This document shows, one piece after another, positions 1-13,569 of a stretch of DNA of 64,000 bases. The number at the start of each line of letters is the position of its first letter. Position 1 is the stretch's first letter. The translations under genes were made by a program, and so were the position numbers. Source of the stretch: Paraspadella gotoi (taxonomy: Eukaryota > Animalia > Chaetognatha); contig CM119263.1 of assembly GCA_051294375.1 (NCBI GenBank), positions 13,470,414 to 13,534,413 of the forward strand. Reading direction: 5' to 3'. Under the pieces are notes generated by a model, which did no database searches, was not told the origin of the DNA, and saw only the letters and a program-made list of their open reading frames with translations.

Positions 1-1232
1 GGGATCCACAATCCACATTTCACCTCTTAAGCCTTAAGTTAAGGCAGCCAGACCCTTTTTGTATCTACACCCCAGCTCAGTTTACGTCGAAGCATCCTTG
101 TTGTCGAATGCCAAATCAATATCAATTTTTCATGGATTTATTCGATAAAAAGCCAACTTGCCCATACGTATATACTCAACGTAGAAACTAAAACTGTGTT
201 TAATATCACTATTCTTATAAAAACATTCAATCTAATTTATTCTAGTACGCGGCGTAATTTCTGATAACCACGCCAGCCATCTCACAACCAAACCCACCCT
301 TACCTTACCCCATCCCCACCCAAGCCTCACATTAGTCTCGCACCCTCGAGTTCAGCCGAAGCGAAGGTTATTACGACCGAGGTTCCTGTCATTGGTTTCG
401 ATGGGAGGGGAGGACGGTTTGGTGAGAAGGAAAAGGTCGGTCAAGTGATATGTGAATAGAAAAAGGTAAGTATTAATATGAAGAGAAAATAAAAGGGGAT
501 AAGGGGGTGTTTGTATATAAATGTAAAAGTCTCTGATGGGTGTGATAGCGCGATGAAATCAATTAGGGTTGTCGGGCGAGGGAAGTTTATTGGGTGGGTT
601 CGGGAGGTTGTAAGTCTCCGGGGAAAAGGGCCGGGTCTCACATCTCAACCGTCGTCCGACTTCTGGCTCTTGTTTATTCATTCGTTAAATAGTTGAAGGC
701 CGCTGACGTCGCGAATTTGGGGAAGAACTCGTTCGCTAGAGTCGAAATCCTTTGTTCGTTAAAGAAGTTTTCGGTTCATGAGGTTTTTGCGTTTTCGCTA
801 CAAGGAACCCGAAGGTTTAGTTGATATAGGATAGATCGATTCTTATTATTTCCGATCGAAGGAAATATATTAAATGAATTCTAAAAATAGACTGGCAAGG
901 CCGATTTATCGAGTAATTTATTTATACAAACGTATATAAGAGAAAAGGTTTTTGAAAGACCAATTAAACTTTCATATCAATGTCACGATAACCTAGAAGG
1001 ATACAGCTATCGATCCAGCTTTCATTAGGTGGCAGAACAAATCGATGAAAATCCACGGGTTAAAAATCATCGACAAATTTCTTTTTTAGCGTCTTCGGTT
1101 TCGAAAGAGTCTTTATTTCGTTCCCGTCGATCCGTCGACGAAATTTTAATTGTTCGAAGGCTCACCGCGGAATTAAGGGTCTTCGATGTCGAGATTCTGA
1201 GCCCCGACACCGCGCGAAGACTCAAATAAACG

Positions 1233-2562
1233 ATGAAGTTTTGCTTCGCCTTCTTGGCGATCCTACTCTTGGTCATAAATGTGAGTCGTTACCACGGTAG
1301 GGAACAAAAGAGATATAAATCGTAATTTTTCCTTTTTTTATTAACTTATTTTTTTACTCGATATCTTGTGGCCGCTTGAACTTTTTTTACTTTTTTTGAA
1401 AATGATCAGAGGAAAAAGGAAAGAAATAAAAAATTATGATTTAAAAGAAAGAAAGAAGAAAACAGAAACAATAAAGTGAGGCGAGGGGAAAAAAAAGAAT
1501 AAAACGTAACTCGAAGTAAAAGTAAAAAGAGTGGGCTTCGGACTCGGTATGAAAACGGAGCGAGAGGACCCGCGGGAAGAAACCTGTAACCCTGCGACTT
1601 AGAAAAATTAGTGTGGAGGCAGTTTAGTGGAAAAAGGGAATAGAAAATATATTAGAAAAAAAAAACAGAAATATCAAAAGAAAAATGTCAAAATGAAGTG
1701 AAAACCAAACCTGTCCAGAGCGTCGACGGTAAATCCCTCAAGTCGGACGACACGGGCGACGATCCAGCCACACCGTTCGTAAAGCCCAAGAAGCACGTAG
1801 GGTGTCTCCACTACTACGAAAGATGCGGCAGGGATTCGCACAAGGAAGGCATGGCCTGCTGTGAGGGTTGCCAGTGCAGGTTTGAAGGCTGCCTCTCTCT
1901 CCATTTCTCTCTCATTCATTCGTTCTACTTTACATTCTCTCCCGTCTTTCTCCTTTTACCTTTCTCTTCGTCTCTTTACTTCTCTACCACACTCTTTATT
2001 TTTAAAAATTCTTCCATTAAGTAGTTTAAAAATTAAAAAACTATATTTATTATATGAAATATTAATTTTGAGCTTAAAATATAGGATTTTCCGTTTTTTG
2101 ACAATTTAATGAAAGAATTGTTAAAAAAAGAGTTATATTTCTTTTTATAAACTTTTCATGAGAAATCCTAATCTGCAAAAAAAAAAAATTTGAAATTTTA
2201 ACATTTAATTTATAATACATTAATGTTCATTAGTACAATGTTGTTTTTTGATTTTGTTTTTTAATTAAAGTTAGATTTAGAATTTTTACTACGCTTTACT
2301 CTTCTTTCCCTCTCAAATTCATTTCATTAATTTAGATTTTGAAGATTTTTTTTTTGTTTCTTTACATCTGTCTGTATCATTCATTTGACTTATTATATGA
2401 ATACATAAATCTAATCAATTTGAATGGGTCATCGTAATTAATACTTGTATTTTTCGTCGCATTCTGAAAAGTGCATACGTTTTTTTTTCGTCCAGATGCA
2501 ACGTGTTGGGGATTAATTGTCGCTGCATGCCGCGCACGTATCAAGAATGTCCAAAGTTATGA
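1233..2562 (+). CDS. Secreted 10-Cys inhibitor-cystine-knot (agouti/agatoxin-like) peptide precursor, 91 aa; exons 1233-1280, 1719-1879, 2496-2562
   Basis: Exon 1 is MKFCFAFLAILLLVIN followed by a GTGAGT donor (phase 0). Acceptor ctgtccag|1719; donor AG|GTTTGA at 1880 (phase 2); acceptor tttttttcgtccag|2496. Spliced product: MKFCFAFLAILLLVINSVDG-KSLKSDDTGDDPATPFVKPKK-HVGCLHYYERCGRDSHKEGMACCEGCQCRCNVLGINCRCMPRTYQECPKL*. This reads as signal peptide, acidic propeptide, KK site and a Cys framework C-x6-C-x10-CC-x2-C-x-C-x-C-x6-C-x-C-x7-C. Confidence 0.9.
2018..2298. mobile_element. Degenerate partial copy of the hAT-type MITE family (see 52073-52601, 59613-60194) in intron 2 of the knottin gene
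   Basis: Shares 'aaaattaaaaaactatattt', 'aacttttcatgag' and the terminus 'tttttactacgcttta' with the full copies. Confidence 0.6.
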
Positions 2563-3610
2563 CTACGAGAAAAAAGAAAACGTTTTTACCTTTTCTAAGG
2601 ATATTATTCGTTCTTAACATGTAACGTTAAGAAATGCGTCTAGAGTGTTATTTGCATTTTAAAATTTTTCATTTATTTAATTGGTGTTAATTTTTTTGTT
2701 AGGTTTCAAACTCAGAAATCCGTAGACAACTCCGATTGTATATTTATATATATATATATTTTTGTTTACACATGCTTGTTAAAACCCAAACCCAACGATT
2801 CTCTTAGACTTAGTCGATCTCTTCTGCCGTTTGTTTTGCTTACGTTATCCTTCGATCCGCTTGGAACCCCGCAATTCGCTGTTGCGACCTTGCCACGACC
2901 TTGGAACGACTCCGCCTCGACCTTGCGCCCGCGATTGTGTATCTTTTCCGTCACCTCGTTCGCACGGTTCGTCGCCGCTCGTTACCCTTTCTCGACTCCG
3001 ACAACCTCGCGCCAAAAACCGCACCTCAATCTTTTGGATCAACCCGAGCCATCACCAACAAATCGCCAGATAAAATGACTCGCCAATAGCGAAGTCGCTT
3101 CCACCGTCGGCACAAATCGTTGAAGGGGTCACCATGGAAACCAAAAGAACGATCCTTGATTTAGAAGCTTTGAAACTTTTCCTTCAATATACAATAATGA
3201 TTAATATACAATTATAATTAATTATTAATTATTTTTGGTCGAATATTTTGCGGAAATACTTATCTTTAAAGAGTTAATTGACAGTAATAATTTATCTTGC
3301 GTCTCACAAATTGCTTGATATTGCATCATTATTTTTAGCGATAATACTTAAAAAATCTTTTGGTATGGAGATTTATCTATCACGCGTTACTGTAAATGTA
3401 ATAAAATTAGACTTGAATTTCAATTTTTCAAACTCTCTCCGTTGTTCTTTTTTTTTGTTCCCTTTTAAATTTCAAGCTGCCCATCGCAGTTTCCTCTCTT
3501 TTCTCCCCTTCACATTCCTTTTCCTTTTTTCTCCCAACTCCGCGGAACCATCACGGTGAACCATCAGGTAGTCTGACTCACTTCACACCACTAACCAACA
3601 AAAACGAAGT

Positions 3611-3711
<101 letters not shown>

Positions 3712-4872
3712 CAGTTTATCTCCCGCCTTAAAAAGCGAGAATCCTTTTGAACCGCGAGTTGCTCGATTGACCGCAAAGCAAGTGAAGGGGAGATGAATGG
3801 AGAGATGGGAAGACGAAACGAAAGGCAAAGCGATGTAGGGAGTCTTTCGCTACGAGAAGAAAAATGTCGACAGTTTAAGCGGAAATTAAATTTAGTATTA
3901 TTATAACAATATAATTATTTTAATTCATTTTTATTACCCTTTTCCTGCATTCTCTCTCTCTCAATCTCAATCCTTCACTCTATTAGCTCATCCGATCTCC
4001 ACTCGCCTCCTCTTCCTCCTCCCACTCCTCGGTCTCCTCCTCTCTTTTCTCCTCGCACGCCCCCTTCTGGACGGACGTGACGTAACCGTTTCGGACATTA
4101 AGGGTTAATGTCATCTCAGGGGAGACGCCCTAAAGACCGCCTCCGCCAGCGGATTCGCCGTTGGCGCCGCCGCCGACGCCGCCTACTAGCACGCAGCCCA
4201 CATATCCGCCGCCACGTCATAACAACGAAACGCCGTTCATTAGACTCATTCATCACTAAAGTCTATGGGTTTCTGTTTTGCGCACGGTGAGCCCATGTCT
4301 CGGATGTCTCGGTTCCGTTAGCCGTTAGCCGGTTACGCGTGTCTTATCGCTCGATTTCTAGCAGAAGGAAATTACTTTTTCAATTTAATAATTAATGTAG
4401 GTCATCTGCTGATGCAGCAACTTCCGTACTATCTGAAAGATCATCTGAAAGATGGATGCTTGAACTTTGATGCGCTTTACACGAATCGCACTGGAACATG
4501 CGGCTGTAAATGAGTTAGATAATAATATGTTTAAATTTTTTATCCAAACATTTTGTAGATTCGGTTACGCTAACGCGTTTGCTTTCGAAAACGGCGGTAT
4601 AGATCCAAAATTGACCGATATAACTTGTCCAATCACACCTCCACCCGGCCGATCGAGACCTACCTACCCTTTCCCGACACCTCCTTCGCCTCCTCCCCCT
4701 CTCCCCTCCCTCCACAACTGGTCGGGCTTCTCTCGCTAAGCCTCGAGCCGTGCTAATGACCATGTTGAGCCCACAAAGGCAAAAATTGACCCTCACTCTC
4801 CCGATGATGACCTGCTATTTATATAAGTCCCTCAAAAGTTCTTTGGAAAAAAAGGAGATGAGAGAGAGAGAG

Positions 4873-4908
<36 letters not shown>

Positions 4909-4911
4909 AGA

Positions 4912-4962
<51 letters not shown>

Positions 4963-6848
4963 AAGAATGTGGGTGAGTTTCCAGCCTCCGGCGTCCAGCG
5001 AATAATCCCGCCTTTTTTACCCCCCCCCCCCCCGCCCCCCCTGCTTCTATTTTTTTTTCAACTCTTTTTTTTTTTTGCTTCCCCTCCGCTTCGACCTTTT
5101 TTTCTCTCTTGTTCTTTTTTTTCTATTCAAACCCGTGATTTTCTTAAACGGCTCCACTCAGAAAAACAAAGTTTATCCCAACGAGCCAAAGTCTCGCCAA
5201 GAACTTCCGGTCATTTGGAGGCGGTCCGTTTTGTCCCTTTGCCCCAAAAGCGGGTGGCACGTCGAAGAGAAGAGGCAGAAGAAGAAGAAGAAAAAGACGA
5301 AGCTGAAGAAGAAGAAGAAGGATAAAAATAAGAAATTAGAAAGAAGTAGGACTGTTGTCCGTCTCAGCAGGATCCCCCGCAAAGACGTCGGCACGGTCGA
5401 GGTAAATCGCGTTCCTCATTAGACATAACGAATGAAAGACGAAATTCCGCAACAAATTTGCGCGAGAGAAGCGGAGAGTCGGTGGGGAGCGGAGAAGAAA
5501 AAAGCTCACGGATCGAGGCAGCGAAAAAAGAAGCGGAGGGACGGGGGCAGCGGAAAAAGAAGAAGCGAACAGGCGGAGGCAGCGGAAAAAGAAACAGAGG
5601 CAGAGACGAAAAAGCGAAAAAGTCAGAAGATGGCGACCAAGAAGTATGGAGGGACAAAGGGAGCGCAGCAATTAATAAAAACGGTTGATGGCATGGCAAA
5701 GAAGTAATAAAGAAGTAATAAAATGCACGGAGACAGCGACGAAGTACTTTCCAATCTTATTTTTTAAACTTTATAAGTACAGTTTTTTCATCGGGCGAGA
5801 TAGCGGTTTTATTTAAGAATATAGCTTTCTGCGTCGCTTCTCTGGAGCCACGATTGAGCGACTGGTATTTTCTTGTGAAGGATGGAGCAGTGGCCGTGGG
5901 CGCGGGTGGGAGAGAGGGGAGGTGGGCGTGTAAGTTAAAATGAGTAAAATTGCTGTGTTCTCTGGTCAGGTGGGAGATTAGGAGTTAGCAGGGATTGTCT
6001 AGAATTGGAAAGTTTGTTACTGAGACAGGAAATTGACTTCGGTATAGAGTAGTAGCCTATAGCGGAGGCACTTCTGCGGAGTGGCGGGCGCCTGGGGTTG
6101 AGAAGGCGGAACGGTGGACGTCGAGGCTTTTGCCCGATTTACAGTTAACCTTCGGCGAAGGCTTCGCTCATCCTGGACTTTGAAGCGACGACGACGACGA
6201 CGACGACGACGCTGACGACGACGACGATGAACAGAAGAAAATGAAGTCAATGGTTGAGGAAATGACAGTCACCATCTCCTTTGCGTAAGAAACGATTTTA
6301 ATCAACAAAAAGGCACAGTTTTGTTTTCTTGTTAGAGTGATGGCGGCGTTCTTCATAGCTTGTTTTTTGAATAACTGAATAATTTTTATGTAATGCCATT
6401 TGCAAAACCAATGTTCTTGTCTTAATTTCATACATAGTGGATTTTCAAACGATATCTCCGTATATTTTTAAAGTTATATGTAAATACGTAAAATTAGATA
6501 AGTCATGTTAGTTCTAAGTAAACTCCGTTTTTATTTTGTCAAATCGCACTTCTTTCCCGTAAATATTTCTGAGTAATTCTATTAGAATTGTGAATAGAAA
6601 CCCGAAGAAACTAGCTTGGACACACAAAAAATAAAACGAAACGGAAAAGAGAACTTAAAAAGAGAGAAAGTAGTGGCCATAGAAAGGAGAAGCGAAAGAA
6701 AGATAGAAGGAGCTAGAGGTGAGACATAAAACATAACGAGACCCCAGGCAAGTAATTATGAAGAACCTAACAGCGCCGTCTAATGGGAATAGACCGAAAA
6801 AAACGAGAGCATATGAAACGTGGAGGGAGGGGAGGGAGTGAGAAGAGA

Positions 6849-6897
<49 letters not shown>

Positions 6898-7756
6898 GGT
6901 GGAAGCGGCAGGCGTGTCTGCGCGCTGGCGTCCCGCTGCAAAAAACCCAAGACAGAATTGCCGAGACTTTTTATGAGTGACATAACCAGAAAAGTCTACA
7001 AAAGAAAAAAAGACGAAGACATCCGACAGAGATGATAAAGTAAAAACTGTAACTAATATATGTAGTCGGGCAACCGTTCAGCCCACTTAGCGCCTTATCC
7101 ACATATAGTAAGTACTACTAAGTAGAATTTAACGGACTCAATTACACTAAAAGAGTGTGAAGAAAATAACTTCTGAAGAAAGACCCTAAAAATCTATAGG
7201 AGGATCAAATTGCGATTGTCCTTCAAGCGCCGAGGAAATTGTAATTTTGTACAAAGGAGCGAGTACGGCAACTTCACGTCACGAGATGTCGATATCAACG
7301 CTGTTACTTTTATCACTTTCAAGAAAACGACGGATGACTTCTCGGACAATGAAGAGGTAAAATTCTCATCATCTTGATGGTGTAGGATAGGCTATACAAT
7401 ATTATATTCAAGGGTATCATTTTCATTTTCGCCTCGGTAATCATAATTATAATAATCATTAACGTCACCCTCGAGCCTTTGTCGTAATCTTTATCCAATC
7501 TTCGTCAAGATTTCGTCGTCTTCGTCGTCAAATGATCGACGTGACGTCGTCGTCGTCGTCGTCATCGTCGTCGCTTCGATCGAAATCGAAGTCACGCGTC
7601 GTCGATTTCTCTCCGGGTTTTTTTTTTTTTTTTTTTTTTTTATTTTGACAGATTCGCCTTTCAATTCCTCCATCCTTGTCTTCTTTCAGTTACCTTTTTG
7701 ATTCAATTCTCTTTCATTTTTCTTTTCTCTCTGTTTAAAGCCGCCGCCGCCGACGC

Positions 7757-7843
<87 letters not shown>

Positions 7844-8145
7844 CGCGGTATCAAACCCGCTGCCGATCAAAGCGTCGCACGTTAGACACCTCGGATACGA
7901 AATCCTGAGACGGCGCCTTCTTTCTTTCTCTATGCGACGGACATTAAGAGCGAAAAGTCACCAAAAAAAATTATAAAGTGTTTTCAGGATTGTAAATTGT
8001 ATGTCGCGACAACGAGCGTCCATTACTGTCCAGTGTCGAGTTAGTGAAGCTAAATCTTATTCTGACTAAAGAAATATCAACACTATAACCGTGAAAAAGG
8101 CTTCCGCATCGCAGAATCCATTAGTAAAATTAAAATAACAAAGAA

Positions 8146-8176
<31 letters not shown>

Positions 8177-11100
8177 GAGAGAGAGAAGCGCCCTTCATGC
8201 AAATCAGATTAAGTTACAACTCCAAATTAAAATTACCAATTCATGAGGCATTGATCTAAAATCAAATCGGCGTAGCCGGTAATCCGCGTTTAAGCGGGAC
8301 TCGTCCCGCCCTCGACCGGGGATAAACATCGGAATAAAAACATCCGAACATCGATTTCGAAAAGAGATTTAAATTCCGTTCAATCTCTAATCTCATCTCT
8401 CAAGTCTGTTCCGTCCTCGTTTCTTTTTTCCAACCCTTTTTGTCTCTTGTCACTTTCTATTCTGTTTTTTCTTTCTGACTCTTGTCAGTTTCTATCCTGT
8501 CCTGTTCCTTATAGGGTTCTATTTCATTTTATTTTTTGGACTCATGTCCGGTTCTAATTTTTAAAATTTTTACTTTATTTTTTTCTATCTAACATTACAT
8601 TTCTTTTTCATTAGTTCCTTTTTTTTTTAGTTCTTTTCCTGCCAAATTTTCAACTTTTTTCTCTTGACTCTTTTCCGCCAGATTTCCACCTGGATTCGGC
8701 CCAGTGCATCCGCCAAACTTGACACGCCGTCGAGTTTGACACGCGGCCCGCTTCGTTTGATCCGTCAAATTCTGTCAACTCTTCCTGCAGTTATTTTTTT
8801 TTCTTTAACATTTTCACCAAAAGAAAATCTCCTCATAACATTTCTTTGTAGTTTGTATCAAACACTATTTGGCAATACTATGAAGCCATACCACGATGCC
8901 GTTTTTTGTTTATTTGTTTATTCGTTACGCTGTAAATATTTAGACTGTAATGGAATACGTAATTTAAAACATGCTTGAGAAAGAAAGGATCTAAAGACGA
9001 AAGAAAAAAAGCTGGAAGCGCCTCTCGTCGAAAGAAAAAGCTCGAAGGGAATTGTCATATCGAAAATAAAAGCGAGGGGCCGCAGGAAATTTACAGAGGA
9101 CGTTTTTCGTCTCCTTTTTTTAATGCTAATCATTTGGTTAAGAATAACTGATATTTTGCGTACACAAAGAAAAGAGGAGAACAATATGTTCCTAATATCG
9201 ATTCTGGAAAGAAAAGAATCGAACTTTGAACCACCGCGGAATCCCGCCGAATAATAGAATACGGATTCAAATTTGGAGCTTTTTTTGGTCACTGCCTTTT
9301 TCGTTATTTCCTTGTTATATTTTGAGGATTTTGGTTGTGTCGCTCTGTTCTCACTTAGGATTCTCTCTACCGTATATGTTTAAACGAGAAAAAAAAAAGA
9401 AATACACGAGTTTAAAAAGGAGAAATTATAATTGTATTTCCTTAGGGGTGAGTGTTACATAATTACATAAGGACGCGACAAAAAAGTACGGCTCTTAGAG
9501 TTAGGCTTAGTATGAATTAATAAAGATTTATAAAGTGATCCTGATCTTACCGCGAGCACTCCGCAAAACCTCAGCTTTGATTCGAAATTATTTCGGTTCT
9601 ATACGTAAGCCTTTTGAAATTAATCACAATATCAACTAATAAATATATTACTTCGACTACCAGAATTCTTTACACTCCATATATATTAAAGCTTTTCCAT
9701 CAGCGTAGCTCAACCTTGGCGAGAGATCAACCATGAGCCTCTTTCATTATCCTTCCACCAATCAACGCCGACCTCCGACTTCCACCACGAAACCGGATCA
9801 TCCCTCCGCCGATCGCTTCCCTCCCTTGATCAACCGCCACCTCACCCTCTACGTCCGCCGCCTTACCTTTGCGGTGATCCATCACCGAGCGAGTGACAGG
9901 TGACTCTACGGCCGCTTCAAGGATGAGGAAGGAAGAGGAAGAGGAGGAGGAGGAGGAGGATGAGAAGAAACCGAAAGTGGAGGGAAGGTGTCCGCTTGAT
10001 TTTCAATCATAGAAGGAAATGTCTGGAGGATCTTAAGAAGTTAGGAAGGAGGAGAAATAAGACGAGGAGGAAGAGCACGCTTGAAAGAACATGAAGAGGA
10101 GGAGAAGGAGGAAGAGGATGCGACCAGAGAAGATAAGCGGAGGAGTGGATCAAGGAGTGCCGCCATGGAGAAGGATTTTGGTTCGTGGAGAGACGGAGAG
10201 AGACAGAGATGAGGAATGAGATATATAAACCGGCAGAGAAAGGAAGACGGGTCGAGTACACAAGAGGGATGTCAGTTATAAAGATTATTAAACGAACAAA
10301 TTAAATCCGAAGATGATGACGTTCAGCGATGACAATTGACGACGACGACAAAGACGAGGACGACATCGACGACGAAAACAACGACTGCGACGAGAACGAC
10401 GAAGAGGAGGCGGGTAAGCGTCGCTTCGAAGGCTTTGCAGTTCAAAGGTCGTCTTGAAAAAGGGACGAGATCGGGATTGGACTCGCCCTCTCGCCCGACC
10501 CCCGACGCGGGCCGACGCGGGCCGACACCGAGCCGGGCCGTTTTTCCGCCTCGGCAAAAAAAGCCGGTTTGGCTGGACAGGGAAAGCAAACTGTCCGATC
10601 AATCGAGATATTCGTCGATTTAATTTAGCCTAACATCATTTTATATTATTTTAATAGGGATTAATTAATGGTTTTTTTCTTCCCGTTTAATTTTCTTATT
10701 CTATATATTAAGAGCAATAATTTCATTCATTCACTTTTGATTCACGCATCTTTTTCTTCTGGCACTCTTTTCACCCACCTGCCTTCACCCAATCGAACAT
10801 TGCTCCCCCACTTCTTCCTCACCATCTTTCCACGCCGCGCCCACGGCCTGACCCCGAGGGTTTCGATCTTTGACCCGTAGAAAATTTCCAGGATCCCTCT
10901 TTGCCCGAAAACGCCGAGGTCCGTCCGATCGCCCGTCCGCTCCGTCCGTCTATTTATCTGTTCGTTCGTCCGCCCGTCCTGCCCACGCGATCCGGAGCAA
11001 GGACGCGAGACTGGCTGCCGGCGAGGAGGCAAAAACAGATGCAGAAACAGATGCAGAAGCTTATTCAGAAGCAGATGCAGCGTCACACTGTAATAAATGC

Positions 11101-12396
11101 AGTTTATTTCGAACTACTGCTCAAATTTATAAAGGTTAATTAGTGTTATTACTTTTGAGTTCCATGTTTTATCGACTGATGTCGAAGGGTGAGGCTGAGC
11201 CCGATGCCAATACCCAAAGACGACGGCTAAGAGGAATATTTTTTGCAGGTCAATTCGATCATTTGTTTTGAATTAATTATGTTCTATTACTTTAGGTTGA
11301 TAATCCCCAAACTTGTACGTCTGATGCTTTTTATTTTCAAAATTCTATTTTTATATATTTCTCTTCCATTGAGTGTCGCTCCTCTGCTCATTCCCCTTAC
11401 CGACCTCTCTTCTCTCTCCTCTCTCCTCTCTCCTCACCCCACTCCCTCAGCCTCTCTTTCCAAACTCGATCTTTATTTACAGTGAGAACGGTTTCCTTCC
11501 TTCTGCTTCGACGAATCACAACAAAATCCTCTTCCTTCTCATCGCCTCCCGATTTTCGCCGCCATTAAACCTCAAAAAAACACGGAACCAGTTTCTCTTT
11601 CTTTCCCGCTTTTTCTTCTTTTTTTTTTCTCTCGTCATTTTTTTTTTTTTCTATTCGAATTCCAGGTTTCGATTCCGCTCGACGATCTGACCTCCAGGGG
11701 TCAATCGATGCCGGCCGACCTCTTTTCCCCCCTCTCCCATCCCCCCTCTCCCGAAGCCCTCTCTTTCCCACTAAAACTCTAATCGCATCCATCTCGAAAA
11801 ACCTCCCGTTTAACTCCACCACCCACCGACCTGATTGCGCCTCCCCTCTTGATCCCCTTTCTTGACTTGTCTCATTTGAGGAGATATTTCGTTTTCGGTT
11901 TGTCGCCGTCTTGGAAGTCTAAGAGGCGGCGATCGTGAGTCGTGACGGCGAAGGCGATAGCGTCGAAGACGAATCTTTCCCGACTCCAATCTCTCGCACT
12001 CTCGCCCTACTACAAAATTTATTCGACGTCACTGAAATAGGTACTTTGGCTACATAAAATTTACGTATAAGTACTTAACTCGGTCTAACAAAAGTCAACA
12101 AACTTATGCTTTTCTCAAACAATTTCTTCTCCATTGCCCTTTCTTTACGAGAACAAACTCCTGTCCGTTCTCCCCGTTCGCACCTCATCCCCCCATTCTC
12201 TAACGTGTCAGAGCCTTCTGCCACAACCCCCTTCCTCCTCGAGTCCCCCCCACCCGGCCCAACCCCCAAACCTTGTCGGAAGATACTCTATCGTGACGAG
12301 AGGTTCGCTCGCGAGTTATCTTCAAAGCCGGTGCCTCTCTCTAAATTATTCGAGGTCACCATTTCTAAAGTTTCCTTTCCCGCAATCGCTCTTTCT

Positions 12397-12429
12397 TTTT
12401 TTTTTTCTTTCTTTCTTTCTTTCTTTTTT

Positions 12430-12502
<73 letters not shown>
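12397..12502. repeat. (TTTC)n tetranucleotide microsatellite
   Basis: Directly visible repeat. Confidence 0.9.
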
Positions 12503-12504
<2 letters not shown>

Positions 12505-12692
12505 CTCTTTCAATTCCTTTATTTTTTGTCTCTTTCGTCTTCTCTCTGTCATAATCGAGCCCCCGAACAAAACTCCGATCTGCGAAAGATCCCGGCGTTT
12601 TTGAATTCTTCCGTGGAGGTGCGTCCTTCCTCACCTCTCTCCATCCCCCCTCCAAATTCCGATCCCGGTAGCCCCCATTTCTACTATCGCGC

Positions 12693-12725
12693 GTGGGCGG
12701 AAATCAACAAAAGCAAGATGGCGGC
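12693..12725 (+). promoter_or_regulatory. GC-box-like GGGCGG plus a YY1/PHO consensus CAAGATGGCGGC in a CpG-rich patch
   Basis: Exact 12-mer CAAGATGGCGGC at 12714-12725; function not demonstrated. Confidence 0.3.
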
Positions 12726-13488
12726 GCAGCGGCGCCTTTTGTTGTCGCCGCGCGGAAACTTTTGAATTGAATCCACGGATCCAGGCATCAACAACAGAAG
12801 AGAGAGATACCGTTAGAGACCAAACGATGGCTGATTTGAGAGCGAGTGAGAGAGAGAGTGAGAGAGAAAAGATAGATCGACGGCGAGATAGCTTGAGAGA
12901 GAGTCAAGGGGTAGTGAGAGAGGGAGAGGTTTGTTTGGGATATTTTGTTATCGCGTCATCGGGGCGAGAGGAAGTGAACGAACATGATTGGGTTTTTATA
13001 GCGATCGTATTTTGAATGCCGCCCTGTTTGGTTATGGGAATATCGCTCCATAGAATTTAGAAGGAGGACGAGAAACGAAGCAGAAACGAGAGAGAGCGTC
13101 TCCAAAAATGTTTCAGGAAATCTATGACGATATTTTAGGAATGTAGAAATATTTTGTTGTCAGTTTATTTAATTTTTTTTTGTTTGAAAAGTCCTGAAAA
13201 ACCCTAGACTCTTTTTTTTCTATTAATGCAAACATTGCGTAAATATTCGCACCTGTTGAAAAAAAATTCGGCCGGGGGGAGTAGAAAAACCTTGGCTTGG
13301 TCTACGACGTCGTTGACAAAGGGGCGTCCTCGTCGTCGTCATTGTCGACGTCGTTGTCGTCTTTGACGTCGTCCTCGACGTCCCGAGTCTCAAAAGAGTT
13401 TTGTTGAATCGTGTCTCGAGGTGGGCGTGGCTCTCAACAGGCGAGAAAAAGTTGGATATGGACAAGGAAAAAATTTAAAAGGAAAGGG

Positions 13489-13569
<81 letters not shown>

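Noticed and set aside
5630-5651. AAGAAGTATGGAG resembling the 3' half of miR-1
   Set aside because: The seed does not match and there is no hairpin partner.
7200-7357. Possible + strand exon (tatag|...GAAGAG|gtaaaa)
   Set aside because: Two frames are open, with no recognisable motif and no partner exons.
8885-8895. GCCATACCACG similar to the 5S rRNA 5' region
   Set aside because: Only 11 nt match; the rest of 5S is absent.
9860-9885. Minus-strand micro-exon ATG GAT CAC CGC AAA G|GTAAG
   Set aside because: Strong donor, but only 5 codons and no downstream exon found.
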